64,000 nucleotides of DNA from an uncultured candidatus Brocadiaceae bacterium (GCA_964538915.1 CAZIFB010000018.1:3450-67449), one strand, 5' to 3'; positions 18,351 to 27,560 are shown, numbered from the stretch's first letter. Made by a program: numbers and translations. Notes: generated by a model not told the origin, from the sequence alone.

Positions 18351-19270
18351 ACGAACGCGACGACTACCTGCTCGATCCGAAGGCGCCGGTCGATCCCGCG
18401 ATCGCCGCGCTGGAGAACGCGCTGCGGCCTCTCGCGTGGAACGGCGCGCCGATGCGCGACACCCGGCCGTCGGTCGCCGCGCGGCGGCGGGTTTGGCCCT
18501 GGTTGCTCGCGGCAACGCTGCTGGTGGGCGGCCTCGCCTTCGTGTTCCTGGATCGCGACCGCGGCCTGCGGCCGTTCGCCGAGGCGCGAACGTTCGTGGC
18601 CGTCGACGTGCCGGTGCGCATCCCGCTGTCGGATCTCGCGGAGGTCACGCTTCGCCCGGGCGGCAGGCTCGAGTTCCTGCACTGGCGCAAGGACGAGCTG
18701 CTCTTCGCACTGGGCCGCGGGTCGATCGAGGCGCGCGTCGCGCCGCCGCCGAAGGTCGCCGCGGGGTTCTTCCGCGTGGAGACGAAGCTCGGCCTCGTGA
18801 TCGACCAGGGCTGCCGGTTCGTGCTCGAAGTGCGCGACGACCGGCGCACGAAGGTGACCGTGACCGAGGGCGCCGTCACGTTCGAAGGGCGCGACCGCAC
18901 CGTCTTCGTGCCGGCGGGTGCGTCGGCGGAGGTGGACGACGGCGGCGTGACAACGCCGGTTTTCGCGGGCGCTGGAGGCGACCTCGCGAAGGCGGTGCGG
19001 CAGTTCGACATCCTGCGCTGGAAGGGCGCTTCCCTCGACGCGCGCGGCGAGAGCGTGAAGACACTCCTCGGCTTCGCGCGTGCGCCGCAAGATTCGCTCG
19101 TGCTCTGGCACATGCTGCGCGATCCGGAGCCGTTCGTGCGCGAGGTCGCCGAGCAGCGCCTGCTCGAACTCGTCGGACCGCCCGACGGCGGCGCGTCGAA
19201 GCGCTCGACGTTCGATCCGGAGGAATGGCTGGCCCACCTGCGCATCGGGGCATGGCGGCCCGGCGGCTAG
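18347..19270 (+). CDS. Anti-sigma factor, single-pass membrane protein with FecR-like periplasmic domain
   Basis: From residue 199 of ORF 17753..19270 (MNERDDYLLDP). One TM segment (WPWLLAATLLVGGLAFVFL), then beta-rich FecR-like sequence (GSIEARVAPP...FRVETKLGLVIDQGCRFVLEV). ATGA overlap with the sigma gene. Confidence 0.75.
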   Translation: MNERDDYLLDPKAPVDPAIAALENALRPLAWNGAPMRDTRPSVAARRRVWPWLLAATLLVGGLAFVFLDRDRGLRPFAEARTFVAVDVPVRIPLSDLAEVTLRPGGRLEFLHWRKDELLFALGRGSIEARVAPPPKVAAGFFRVETKLGLVIDQGCRFVLEVRDDRRTKVTVTEGAVTFEGRDRTVFVPAGASAEVDDGGVTTPVFAGAGGDLAKAVRQFDILRWKGASLDARGESVKTLLGFARAPQDSLVLWHMLRDPEPFVREVAEQRLLELVGPPDGGASKRSTFDPEEWLAHLRIGAWRPGG

Positions 19271-19310
19271 TTCGCTTGCCGCTCCTCTTCGCGGCAGCTA
19301 GGTTCGCCCC

Positions 19311-20840
19311 GTGCCCACGATCCTGCTCGGCGACCCGTCGCTTCCCCTGTCCACACTCGTCGCGCTGAGCCGTCCGGGCGGACGGATCGCGTTGTCGAAG
19401 CAGGCGCGCCGGAACGTGCAGCGGAGCCGCGCGGTGGTGGAGCGCGCCGTGAAGTCGGGCGCCACGATGTACGGCATCAACACCGGCTTCGGGAAACTCG
19501 CCGGCGTGCGCATTCCCGACGATCAGCTCGAGCAGCTGCAGGAGAACCTGCTGCTGTCGCACGCGACGGGCGTCGGTGAACCGCTCGCCGTCGACGCGAG
19601 CCGCCTCGCGTTCGCGCTGCGCATCCACAACCTGGCGCTGGGCTACTCGGGCGTGCGCCCCGAGCTGCTGGAGCAGGCGATGGCGCTGTGGAACGGCGGC
19701 TTCGTGCCGGTGATCCCGAGCCAGGGTTCGGTCGGTGCGTCGGGCGACCTGGCGCCGCTGTCACACATGGCGCTGCCGCTGATCGGCCGCGGCGAGGTTC
19801 ACGACGGCGGGCGTGTGATCTCGGGCGCCGCCGCACTGAAGAGGCTGGGCCGCGAGCCGCTCGTGCTTCGTGAGAAGGAAGGGCTCGCCCTGATCAACGG
19901 CACGCAGATCATGACCGCGATCGGGTGCCTGTGCGTGCACCGTGCGATCGTGCTCGCGAAGACGGCCGATGTCGCGTGCGCGATGACGGTGGAGGCGCTG
20001 CGCGGCAGCGAGAAGCCGTTCCAGGAGCGCCTGCACACCGTGCGTCCGCACGAGGGCCAGCTCGCGACCGCGGCGAACCTGCGTGCGCTGCTCGCGGACA
20101 GCAAAGTGATGCCGAGCCACGCCAACTGCGGCAAGGTGCAGGACGCCTACTCGCTGCGCTGCGTGCCACAGGTGCACGGCGCGGCGAAGGACGGCATCCG
20201 GTACGCGCTGGACGTGCTCGTCACCGAAGCGAACGCGGTGACCGACAACCCGCTGGTGTTCCCGAGCGGCGACGTCGTCAGCGGCGGCAACTTCCATGGC
20301 CAGCCGGTCAGCCAGGCGCTGGACTTCCTGAAGATCGCGGTGAGCACGCTCGCGAACATCAGCGAGCGGCGGATCGAGCAGCTCGTGAATCCCGACATCT
20401 CCGGCCTCCCGCCGTTCCTCGCCAAGAACCCGGGCCTCGAGAGCGGTTTCATGATCCCGCAGGTCGTCGCCGCGGCGCTCGCGAGCGAGAACAAGACGCT
20501 GGCGCATCCGGCGAGCGTCGACACCGTGCCGACATCGGCGAACCGCGAGGATCACGTGTCGATGGGCGTCACCGCGGCGCGGCACGCGGACCGCGTCGTC
20601 GCGAACACCGCGAAGGTGCTGGGCATCGAGGTGTTGTGCGCAGCGCAGGGGCTCGACCTCGGCGAGAAGCTGCGGCCCGGCGTCGGGGTCGACGCGGCGT
20701 ACCGCGTGTTGCGCAAGAAGGTGCCGATGCTCTCCCAGGATCGCTTCCTCGCGCCGGATCTCGCGGCCGCGGAGCAGCTGGTCGAGGACGGCGATCTCGT
20801 CGCTGCCGCCGAGAAGAAGGCGGGGGTGCTGGCGGTGTGA
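19311..20840 (+). CDS. hutH: Histidine ammonia-lyase
   Basis: 509-aa ORF. MIO-forming motif GSVGASGDLAPLSH, YGINTGFG and NPLVF..G.V.SGGNFHG. The start is a GTG. Confidence 0.9.
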   Translation: MPTILLGDPSLPLSTLVALSRPGGRIALSKQARRNVQRSRAVVERAVKSGATMYGINTGFGKLAGVRIPDDQLEQLQENLLLSHATGVGEPLAVDASRLAFALRIHNLALGYSGVRPELLEQAMALWNGGFVPVIPSQGSVGASGDLAPLSHMALPLIGRGEVHDGGRVISGAAALKRLGREPLVLREKEGLALINGTQIMTAIGCLCVHRAIVLAKTADVACAMTVEALRGSEKPFQERLHTVRPHEGQLATAANLRALLADSKVMPSHANCGKVQDAYSLRCVPQVHGAAKDGIRYALDVLVTEANAVTDNPLVFPSGDVVSGGNFHGQPVSQALDFLKIAVSTLANISERRIEQLVNPDISGLPPFLAKNPGLESGFMIPQVVAAALASENKTLAHPASVDTVPTSANREDHVSMGVTAARHADRVVANTAKVLGIEVLCAAQGLDLGEKLRPGVGVDAAYRVLRKKVPMLSQDRFLAPDLAAAEQLVEDGDLVAAAEKKAGVLAV

Positions 20841-20889
20841 GTTCGCCCGTCCGACGCGACGCCGCCGTCGTTGCGCGTCGTGTCGTCGC

Positions 20890-21339
20890 TCAGAAGAAGC
20901 CGGCGGTGAGCCGGAGGGCGTTCGTCGAAGTGACCGAGGTCCACGCACCCTGCGCGTCCAGCTCGATCGGCACCATCTGGTGGTGGAAGGTGACGCCGAC
21001 GATTGGCGGGAGGGAGGGCAGGAAGAAACTCGAGTCGGCGATGCCGTTCGAAGTGACGACCAGCCCGAGTATGTCGGGCGCCACCAGGACGTCGCAGCCG
21101 GTGCCCGCGAAGGGGAAAGCGAGCGTCAGGGGAGCCACGCCTTGCGGGACCGCTGTCACGCTCGTCAGCGTGAGCACCAGAGCCGAGGTGGGCAGGCCGG
21201 TGCCGCGTGCGCGGAAGGTCGCATCGACCCAAGGCAGGGTGAGGGCGGTGAGCTGGCTGCCCCCGCCGGTGCCCGGACATCCGACGCCTGTCGGAGCCGC
21301 GGTCGCCGGGCACGTGGTCGAGATTCGTCCGAGGTTCAT
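20890..21339 (-). CDS. Stand-alone copy of the two-Cys C-terminal domain (possible gene remnant or in-frame extension of 21529..22647)
   Basis: The 149-aa ORF is roughly two-thirds identical by eye to residues encoded at 463..885. It has no signal peptide. The same frame is open upstream to the TAG at 21529..21531. Confidence 0.4.
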   Translation of the reverse strand: MNLGRISTTCPATAAPTGVGCPGTGGGSQLTALTLPWVDATFRARGTGLPTSALVLTLTSVTAVPQGVAPLTLAFPFAGTGCDVLVAPDILGLVVTSNGIADSSFFLPSLPPIVGVTFHHQMVPIELDAQGAWTSVTSTNALRLTAGFF

Positions 21340-21528
21340 CTCGCCTAACGATCCGCCGACCAGGATGTCGCCCTCGGGCAGCGTCGCGAACGTGCGTTCA
21401 GAACGATCGAGGTCTCGGTACTGTGCCGGCGGGCCCCTCGGTGGGTGCAGAGAGCGTTCGACCGAGTTCCCTGCGCTCCGAGTCAGAGGTCTTCGCGCCG
21501 CGCGCCGACGTCGCGAGTGAGCAGTGCG

Positions 21529-22647
21529 CTACTCCACGAACGCCGCGTCGATCGCCTTCTTCTTCGCCTTGCCGGCCTTCGTCGCGAGCAGTGACTTCGC
21601 GAAGTCGGCCATCCGGTAGTAGCGCACCCGGTTCACCAGCTCGTGCTTCTTCGCGGCGTCGAGTGCGTTGATCGCCTCGCCGATCGCCGCGGGGCCGACC
21701 GCGTCGTGCAGCGCGACGAGGCGTGCCAGCACCGCGTCGACGTCCTTGCCGCCCGGCCTCGTCGTCGCCGCTTCGAGGCGCTTCCGTTCGAAGTCGAGAG
21801 TGCGCCAGCGGGAGTCGCGCAGGCCCTCGAGCGCGGGGGCATCCTTCTTCGTTTTCGCGAGGTTCTCGACGATCAGGACGCCCGTGTAGTGCGCCCACGC
21901 GTGACGGTCCTCTTCGTTCTGGCGATCGCCCCACATCGCGATCACATGGCCGAGTTCGTGGCAGAGCCCGTAGAAGAGGAACTGGCCGTCCTTCGTCGGC
22001 GACGCGAACGCCTCGCCGTCGATCACCGGGAAGTCGATCTCCGAGTGGAACGGGAACTGCGGGGCGAAGTGCGGCGGGCGCGTGGTCTTCGCTTCGAGGT
22101 GGATGCGCAGGCGGAGCTTCTTGCCGGGCACCTTGCTGAAGTTCCGCAGACCGAAGACGTCGGCGTAGGCGTCGAGCACGAGGTCGAAGACGTCGGCAAT
22201 GCGTGTGAGGCACTCCGGTTCGACGCCGCCCGTTGCGATCGCGAGGAAGCGGAGTCGCGACAGCGCGATGCCGATCTCGTTCGCGCGCGTCCCGTCGAGC
22301 TGCACCAGCCGGTCGCGCAGCGCCGCGAAGTCGTCGAGGCGGTCGAGGTCGAGCGCCGCTGCCGCCGCGGTCGCGAGGGCATCGCGGACCTCGGGCGCGT
22401 CGCCGCAGCGAAGGAGTTCCGCGACGAGCTTGGCGGCGGAGGCAGGCAGCTGTTTGCCGAGTTCGCCTTCGTCCTTCGCGACGGGTTTGTCCGCGTGCGC
22501 CTTGTTGACCGCGGCGACGGCGAGTGCGTAGTCGCGGGAGAGCTTCTCGGCGTCCTGGCCGCGCGCGATGTCCGGCATGCAGGCGACAGCGGCTGTCACG
22601 AGTGCCGCGCTGACAACGGCTCTTCGGGATCGCATGGCGGGGACCAT
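21529..22647 (-). CDS. Secreted HExxH (HELGH) putative zinc metallopeptidase-like protein
   Basis: 372-aa ORF. Signal peptide ([23 protein letters not shown]), HExxH motif in [16 protein letters not shown], ordinary composition. Confidence 0.7.
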   Translation of the reverse strand: MVPAMRSRRAVVSAALVTAAVACMPDIARGQDAEKLSRDYALAVAAVNKAHADKPVAKDEGELGKQLPASAAKLVAELLRCGDAPEVRDALATAAAAALDLDRLDDFAALRDRLVQLDGTRANEIGIALSRLRFLAIATGGVEPECLTRIADVFDLVLDAYADVFGLRNFSKVPGKKLRLRIHLEAKTTRPPHFAPQFPFHSEIDFPVIDGEAFASPTKDGQFLFYGLCHELGHVIAMWGDRQNEEDRHAWAHYTGVLIVENLAKTKKDAPALEGLRDSRWRTLDFERKRLEAATTRPGGKDVDAVLARLVALHDAVGPAAIGEAINALDAAKKHELVNRVRYYRMADFAKSLLATKAGKAKKKAIDAAFVE

Positions 22648-22957
22648 AGCGGAGGAGCCTCGGGGGCGGAGGCCTCCGGGACCGAACGGGCTTCACCTCC
22701 CGCGGCTACATGACGCGTCTTCTTGCGAACGCCACGACCGTGCGTGGAATCTTGGACCTCGTGGCACCCCTGCCGCAGTCACGAGAGGCAACGTGCTGGC
22801 ATTCACACATCGCACGGAGCGCCGTCGTGCGAGCCGCGATGCCGACTCGCCCCGCCGTTCCACGCCGACGCGAGCGGCGTGTCCGCATTCCCGTGCAGTC
22901 ACGGCGTCGCTAGCGCGATCGCTTGCGACGGCGCGCCCGGCCCGCCACGCTACCGCG

Positions 22958-24598
22958 ATGACCGCCTACCGCGCGCCGCGTGGCAAGACCCTCACCTGTG
23001 CCAATTGGCAGATCGAAGCCGCGTTCCGCATGGTCCAGAACAACCTGGACCAGGACGTCGCGGAGGACCCCGAGAAGCTCATCGTGTACGGCGGGCTCGG
23101 CAAGGCAGCGCGCAATCCGCAGGCGCTGCAGGGCATCCTCGCGACGCTGCGTCGGCTGAAGCCCGACGAGACGATGCTCGTGCAATCGGGCAAGTGCGTC
23201 GGCGTGTTCCGGACGCACGCCGATGCGCCGCGTGTGCTGCTCGCGAACAGCAACCTCGTCGGCGACTGGGCGAACTGGGACGAGTTCCGCCGCCTCGACA
23301 AGCTCGGACTCATCATGTACGGCCAGATGACCGCGGGCTCGTGGATCTACATCGGGAGCCAGGGCATCGTGCAGGGCACCTACGAGACGTTCGTCGCGGC
23401 CGGCAAGCGGCACTTCGGCGGTGACCTGAAGGGGCGCCTCGTCGTGACGGCGGGCCTCGGCGGCATGGGTGGCGCGCAGCCGCTCGCAGTGACGATGGCG
23501 GGCGGTGTGTGCCTGGCGGCCGACGTCGAGGGCTGGCGCATCGACAAGCGGCTGCAGACGAAGTACCTCGACGAGCGAATCGACGATCCCAAGAAGGCGC
23601 TCGCCGCCGCGTTGGCGAAGAAGAAGGCCGGCGTGCCCTGGTCGATCGGTGTGTGCTGCAACGCCACGGAACTGCTCGCGGTCGTACGCGACAGCGGCAC
23701 CGTGCCCGACATGCTGACCGACCAGACGTCGGCCCACGACATGCTCGTCGGCTACGTACCGGACGGCATGACGGTGGAGGCGGCGAAGACGCTGCGCGAA
23801 CGCGATCCGAAGAAGTACCTCGTCGAGTCGCGCCGCACGGTCGCGAAGCACGTCGCCCTGATGCTCGACCTGCAGGAGCGCGGAGCGATCACGTTCGACT
23901 ACGGCAACAACATCCGAACGGAGGCGCGCGATGCCGGCGTCGCCGAGGCGTTCCGCATCAAGGGCTTCATCCCCGAGTACATCCGGCCGCTGTTCTGCGA
24001 GGGCCGCGGACCGTTCCGATGGGTGGCGCTGTCCGGCAACCCCGCCGACATCGCGCGCACCGACAAGCTCGCGCTCGAGATGTTCGGCGACAATCCGTCG
24101 CTGCGGACGTGGATCGAGAAGGCGCAGAAGCAGATCGCGTTCCAGGGGCTGCCCGCGCGCATCCTCTGGCTCGGCTACGGCGAGCGCGCGCGCTTCGGCC
24201 TCGCGGTGAACGAACTGGTCGCGAAGGGCGAACTCGAGGCACCGATAGTGTTCGGCCGCGACCACCTCGACTGCGGTTCGGTCGCGTCGCCCTATCGCGA
24301 GACGGAGGCGATGAAGGACGGCAGCGACGCGATCGCGGACTGGCCCTTGCTCAACGCGATGCTGAACGTGGCGTCCGGCGCCACGTGGGTGTCGATCCAT
24401 CACGGGGGCGGTGTCGGCATGGGCAAGTCGATCCATGCGGGGCAGGTCACCGTCGCCGACGGCACGCCCGCTGCCGCCGCGCGCATCCAGCGCGTCTTCA
24501 CGTGCGATCCGGGCATCGGCGTGGCGCGCCACGCCGACTCGGGCTACGACGAGGCGCGGGTGTTCGCGAAGAAGGCCGGCGTCGATCTCGGCGGTTGA
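22958..24598 (+). CDS. hutU: Urocanate hydratase
   Basis: From residue 131 of ORF 22568..24598 ([22 protein letters not shown]). [15 protein letters not shown]-binding motif, and [26 protein letters not shown] is highly characteristic. Confidence 0.9.
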   Translation: MTAYRAPRGKTLTCANWQIEAAFRMVQNNLDQDVAEDPEKLIVYGGLGKAARNPQALQGILATLRRLKPDETMLVQSGKCVGVFRTHADAPRVLLANSNLVGDWANWDEFRRLDKLGLIMYGQMTAGSWIYIGSQGIVQGTYETFVAAGKRHFGGDLKGRLVVTAGLGGMGGAQPLAVTMAGGVCLAADVEGWRIDKRLQTKYLDERIDDPKKALAAALAKKKAGVPWSIGVCCNATELLAVVRDSGTVPDMLTDQTSAHDMLVGYVPDGMTVEAAKTLRERDPKKYLVESRRTVAKHVALMLDLQERGAITFDYGNNIRTEARDAGVAEAFRIKGFIPEYIRPLFCEGRGPFRWVALSGNPADIARTDKLALEMFGDNPSLRTWIEKAQKQIAFQGLPARILWLGYGERARFGLAVNELVAKGELEAPIVFGRDHLDCGSVASPYRETEAMKDGSDAIADWPLLNAMLNVASGATWVSIHHGGGVGMGKSIHAGQVTVADGTPAAAARIQRVFTCDPGIGVARHADSGYDEARVFAKKAGVDLGG

Positions 24599-24854
24599 CG
24601 CCGCGGGCCTGGCCTCCGTGCGTCCAGCGCGAGGCTGCACCTTTGCGGTAGCGAGTCCTCCCGGTGTAGGATCTGCCGGCCTGCGGCGCGGCCGCCCGAG
24701 CCCCGAACGGTCGGTGGCAGCGGCGCGAGCCGAGCGCTGCGGTTCGTCGCCCCTTCTCCGCGTCTCTTTCCGCACCCGAACCAGTACGTTCCGAACAGTC
24801 GCCGCGACCGCGTTACCGAAAGACGCTTCGCGGCCCGTGCCGCCGAGAGACGCG

Positions 24855-25619
24855 ATGTTCCGCCGCAACAAGCCAGCCGACGACGCAGCGATGCCCGAGG
24901 ACATGGTCGTGATCGTCGACCAGTCCGTGAACCCGTACCTCGTGCTGTTCCACGAGCCGACGGGCTACCGGGCGGAGCAGGTCCGGGCGCTGCGCAACCG
25001 CCTCGTCGCGATGAATCCGGACGGTGAGCCGAAGACGCTCGTCGTTACGTCGGCCGTCCGCGAGGAGGGCAAGACGGTCGCGGCGCTCAACCTCGCGATG
25101 GCGCTTGCGGAGCTCGAACGCAATCAGGTGGTGCTGGTCGACGGCGATCTGCGCCGCCCGTCGTGCGAACGCTATCTCAACCTCAACCCCGCGCCGGGCT
25201 TCACGGACGTGCTGCTCGGGCGCGCACCGCTCGATCGGGTTCTGCGCCCCGCGGGGTACCGGCAGCTGATGCTGCTCGGCTCCGGCGCCCGGGTGACCAA
25301 CCCGGCGGAAGTGCTCAGCGGCTCGCGGCTCGACGAACTGCTGCACCGGCTGAAGGAGCGCTTCCAGTACGTCATCGTCGATTCGCCACCGGTCCTGCCG
25401 TCGACCGATGCCGGTGTGTTGTCGGCGCGTGCCGACGGCACCCTCGTCGTCGTGCGGCTCGAGAAGTCGTTGAAGAAGCAGACCCGCGACGCCATCCGCG
25501 CCGTGCAGGACATGGGGGGCAACGTGCTGGGCTGCTTCGTCACCGAGCTGCGCGGCCACGATCCCGAGAGCGACCGACGCCTCGCCTACGAACCGACGAA
25601 CGAGGGCGAAGGAACCTGA
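24855..25619 (+). CDS. ParA/MinD-superfamily ATPase of the CpsD/CapB/BY-kinase type (cytoplasmic domain only)
   Basis: From residue 149 of ORF 24411..25619 (MFRRNK; 24891 MPEDM is also possible). Walker A-like TSAVREEGKT, Walker A' VLVDGDLRRP, Walker B VIVDSPP. No TM/PCP domain and no C-terminal Tyr cluster. Confidence 0.75.
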   Translation: MFRRNKPADDAAMPEDMVVIVDQSVNPYLVLFHEPTGYRAEQVRALRNRLVAMNPDGEPKTLVVTSAVREEGKTVAALNLAMALAELERNQVVLVDGDLRRPSCERYLNLNPAPGFTDVLLGRAPLDRVLRPAGYRQLMLLGSGARVTNPAEVLSGSRLDELLHRLKERFQYVIVDSPPVLPSTDAGVLSARADGTLVVVRLEKSLKKQTRDAIRAVQDMGGNVLGCFVTELRGHDPESDRRLAYEPTNEGEGT

Positions 25620-26404
25620 TGTCCGGCTTCAAGGAGACGCTGAAGGATGCCGTGCGGCAGATGTCGTTCCGCACGTCGCTCGACACCCTGAAGAAGAAGG
25701 GTGTCCAGCAGGTCAACGTGCTGGGCATCGACCGCATCATCGCGCTCATCGAGGCGGCGGTGCACCGGAGCCTGAAGTCGCACCTCGTCGGCGTCGAGCG
25801 CGAGGCGGTCGCGGACGCGACGAAAGCCGAGTTCCTGCGCCTCCTGCGTACGAACGAGGACCTGCAGCGCCAGAAGACCGAGGTCGAGCGGCAGAAGGAG
25901 CGCGTCGAGGACGAAGTCGACTCGTTGCGCCGCGAACTGTTCGTGCAGCAGCACGCGCTCGAGCTCAAGCTGGAGCAGGGGTCGCTGTCGGCCGCGAACC
26001 GCTACGAGGGCGAGAACGCCGAGATCGCGAAGAAGGTCGGCGAAGTGATGCGCAGCCTCGCCGGCGGAGGGAACCTGCCGCTCTCCGTCGCGGAGGAGAA
26101 GGTGATGGAGCTGGTGATGAACGTGATCGACGGGGAGCGCAAGGCCGCCGACGAGGCGCGGCGCGCACTGCACGATCGCGAGGTCGACAACCTCCAGCGC
26201 CGCATCAAGAAGCTGAGCTCGACCCTCGAGCAGACCGAAGGACGTTTGCAGGCGGTCGCGGCGATGAAGAACATCGACTCCGGCATCTCGTCGCTCTACC
26301 GCGAGGTGCAGGGGCTGAACCTGGCGGACGCCCAGTCCGGCAAGAAGAAAGAACTCATGGCCGAGATCTTCAAGGCGAACCTGAAGCTCCAGAAGAAGAG
26401 CTGA
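25619..26404 (+). CDS. Coiled-coil protein, unknown function
   Basis: From residue 153 of ORF 25163..26404 (MSGFKETLKD). 261 aa, E/K/R/Q/L-rich heptad-like stretches, no TM segment. The start overlaps the stop of the ATPase gene (TGATG). Confidence 0.7.
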   Translation: MSGFKETLKDAVRQMSFRTSLDTLKKKGVQQVNVLGIDRIIALIEAAVHRSLKSHLVGVEREAVADATKAEFLRLLRTNEDLQRQKTEVERQKERVEDEVDSLRRELFVQQHALELKLEQGSLSAANRYEGENAEIAKKVGEVMRSLAGGGNLPLSVAEEKVMELVMNVIDGERKAADEARRALHDREVDNLQRRIKKLSSTLEQTEGRLQAVAAMKNIDSGISSLYREVQGLNLADAQSGKKKELMAEIFKANLKLQKKS

Positions 26405-26447
26405 CGAGCGCCTGCGCGGCCGAACGACGAATCAGGAACACGAAACG

Positions 26448-27518
26448 ATGAGCGACACGAAGACGACGGAAGAGACCAAGAAGGACCACGGCGTCCTGTA
26501 CATCGGCATGGACCTCGGCACGTCGCGCACCTCGGTGTCGGCGAGCAACGGTGTCCGCGAGACCGTCTACTCGATGGTCGGGTACCCGAAGGACGTGGTC
26601 AGCATGAAGCTGCTGAAGAAGGACGTGCTGTTCGGCAAGGAGGCCCTCGAGAAGCGTCTGTCGCTGAAGCTGTACAAGCCGCTCGAGAAGGGCGTTCTCA
26701 AGTACACCGGCGATGCGACGATGGATGCCGAAGCGAAGGCCAACCTGAAGGCCGCCCAGGACCTGATCGGCGAGGCGATCCGGATGGCGAAGCCGCGCAA
26801 GGACGAACTGATCTACTGCGTGATCGGCGCGCCCGCGGAAGCTTCGGTCAAGAACCGCGAGGCGATCATCGAGGCGGCCCGCGCCCACGTCGATTCCGTG
26901 ATGTTGTGCAGCGAGCCGTTCTCGGTGGCGTACGGGCTCGACTGGCTCGAAGACGTGCTCGTCATCGACATCGGCGCCGGCACGACCGACCTCTGCCGCA
27001 TGCACGGCACCATGCCGGAGGAAGCGGACCAGGTGATGTACGAGATCGCGGGTGACGCGGTCGACGCCGAACTCGCGCGACAGATCGAGAAGACGTGCCC
27101 CGGCGCCCAGTTCACCATCCACATGGTGAAGGACATCAAAGAGCGCTACGGCTTCGTCGGCGACGCGCCCGAGCGCTGCATCGTCGAGCTGCCGGTGAAC
27201 GGCAAGCCGACGCCGTTCGACCTGACCGATCAGATCCGGAGCGCTTGCTCGGTCCTCATCGAGCCGATCCTCGAGGGAATCCACAAGCTGATCGCGTCGT
27301 TCGACCCGCAGTTCCAGGCGAAGCTGAAGAGCCGGGTGCTGCTCGCGGGTGGCGGTTCGATGGTGAAGGGGCTCGACTCCGCGGTGGAGAAGGCGATGAA
27401 GGAGCGCCTCGGCGGCGGCAAGGTCATCCGCATCGAGGAACCGATCTACGGCGGCGCCAACGGCGCCCTGAAGATCGCGCACGACATGCCGGCCGACTTC
27501 TGGGAGCAGTTGAAGTAG
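26448..27518 (+). CDS. Actin-like ATPase, MamK-like family
   Basis: 356-aa ORF. Actin-fold motifs GMDLGTSRTS, VIDIGAGTTD and LLAGGGS. From memory it tracks Magnetospirillum MamK along its whole length (VGYPKDV, CSEPFSVAYGLD, DIGAGTTDLC, C-terminal P.(D/Q)(F/Y)W.QL) better than MreB, ParM or FtsA. Confidence 0.8.
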   Translation: MSDTKTTEETKKDHGVLYIGMDLGTSRTSVSASNGVRETVYSMVGYPKDVVSMKLLKKDVLFGKEALEKRLSLKLYKPLEKGVLKYTGDATMDAEAKANLKAAQDLIGEAIRMAKPRKDELIYCVIGAPAEASVKNREAIIEAARAHVDSVMLCSEPFSVAYGLDWLEDVLVIDIGAGTTDLCRMHGTMPEEADQVMYEIAGDAVDAELARQIEKTCPGAQFTIHMVKDIKERYGFVGDAPERCIVELPVNGKPTPFDLTDQIRSACSVLIEPILEGIHKLIASFDPQFQAKLKSRVLLAGGGSMVKGLDSAVEKAMKERLGGGKVIRIEEPIYGGANGALKIAHDMPADFWEQLK

Positions 27519-27521
27519 CAC

Positions 27522-27560
27522 GGTCCTGCAGGCGACGAGCTTCGCTCGCGCCTGAGGACC
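27522..27560 (+). terminator. GC-rich hairpin 4 nt after the actin-like gene stop (candidate terminator between convergent genes)
   Basis: ggtcctgcaggcgacgag / ctcgcgcctgaggacc pair as a ~17-bp stem with two single-nt bulges and a 5-nt loop. No U-tract. Confidence 0.4.

Noticed and set aside
24855-25619. Capsule/EPS export locus inferred from the BY-kinase-like ATPase
   Set aside because: No Wza/OPX, Wzx, Wzy, PCP or glycosyltransferase genes are nearby, and the protein lacks the Tyr cluster and membrane activator domain.
24855-27518. Calling the region a magnetosome gene island because of the MamK-like gene
   Set aside because: No other mam/mms-like gene is recognisable in the window (no cation-diffusion facilitators, HtrA-like MamE/O, TPR MamA or small Mam membrane proteins). 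A single family member is not enough.
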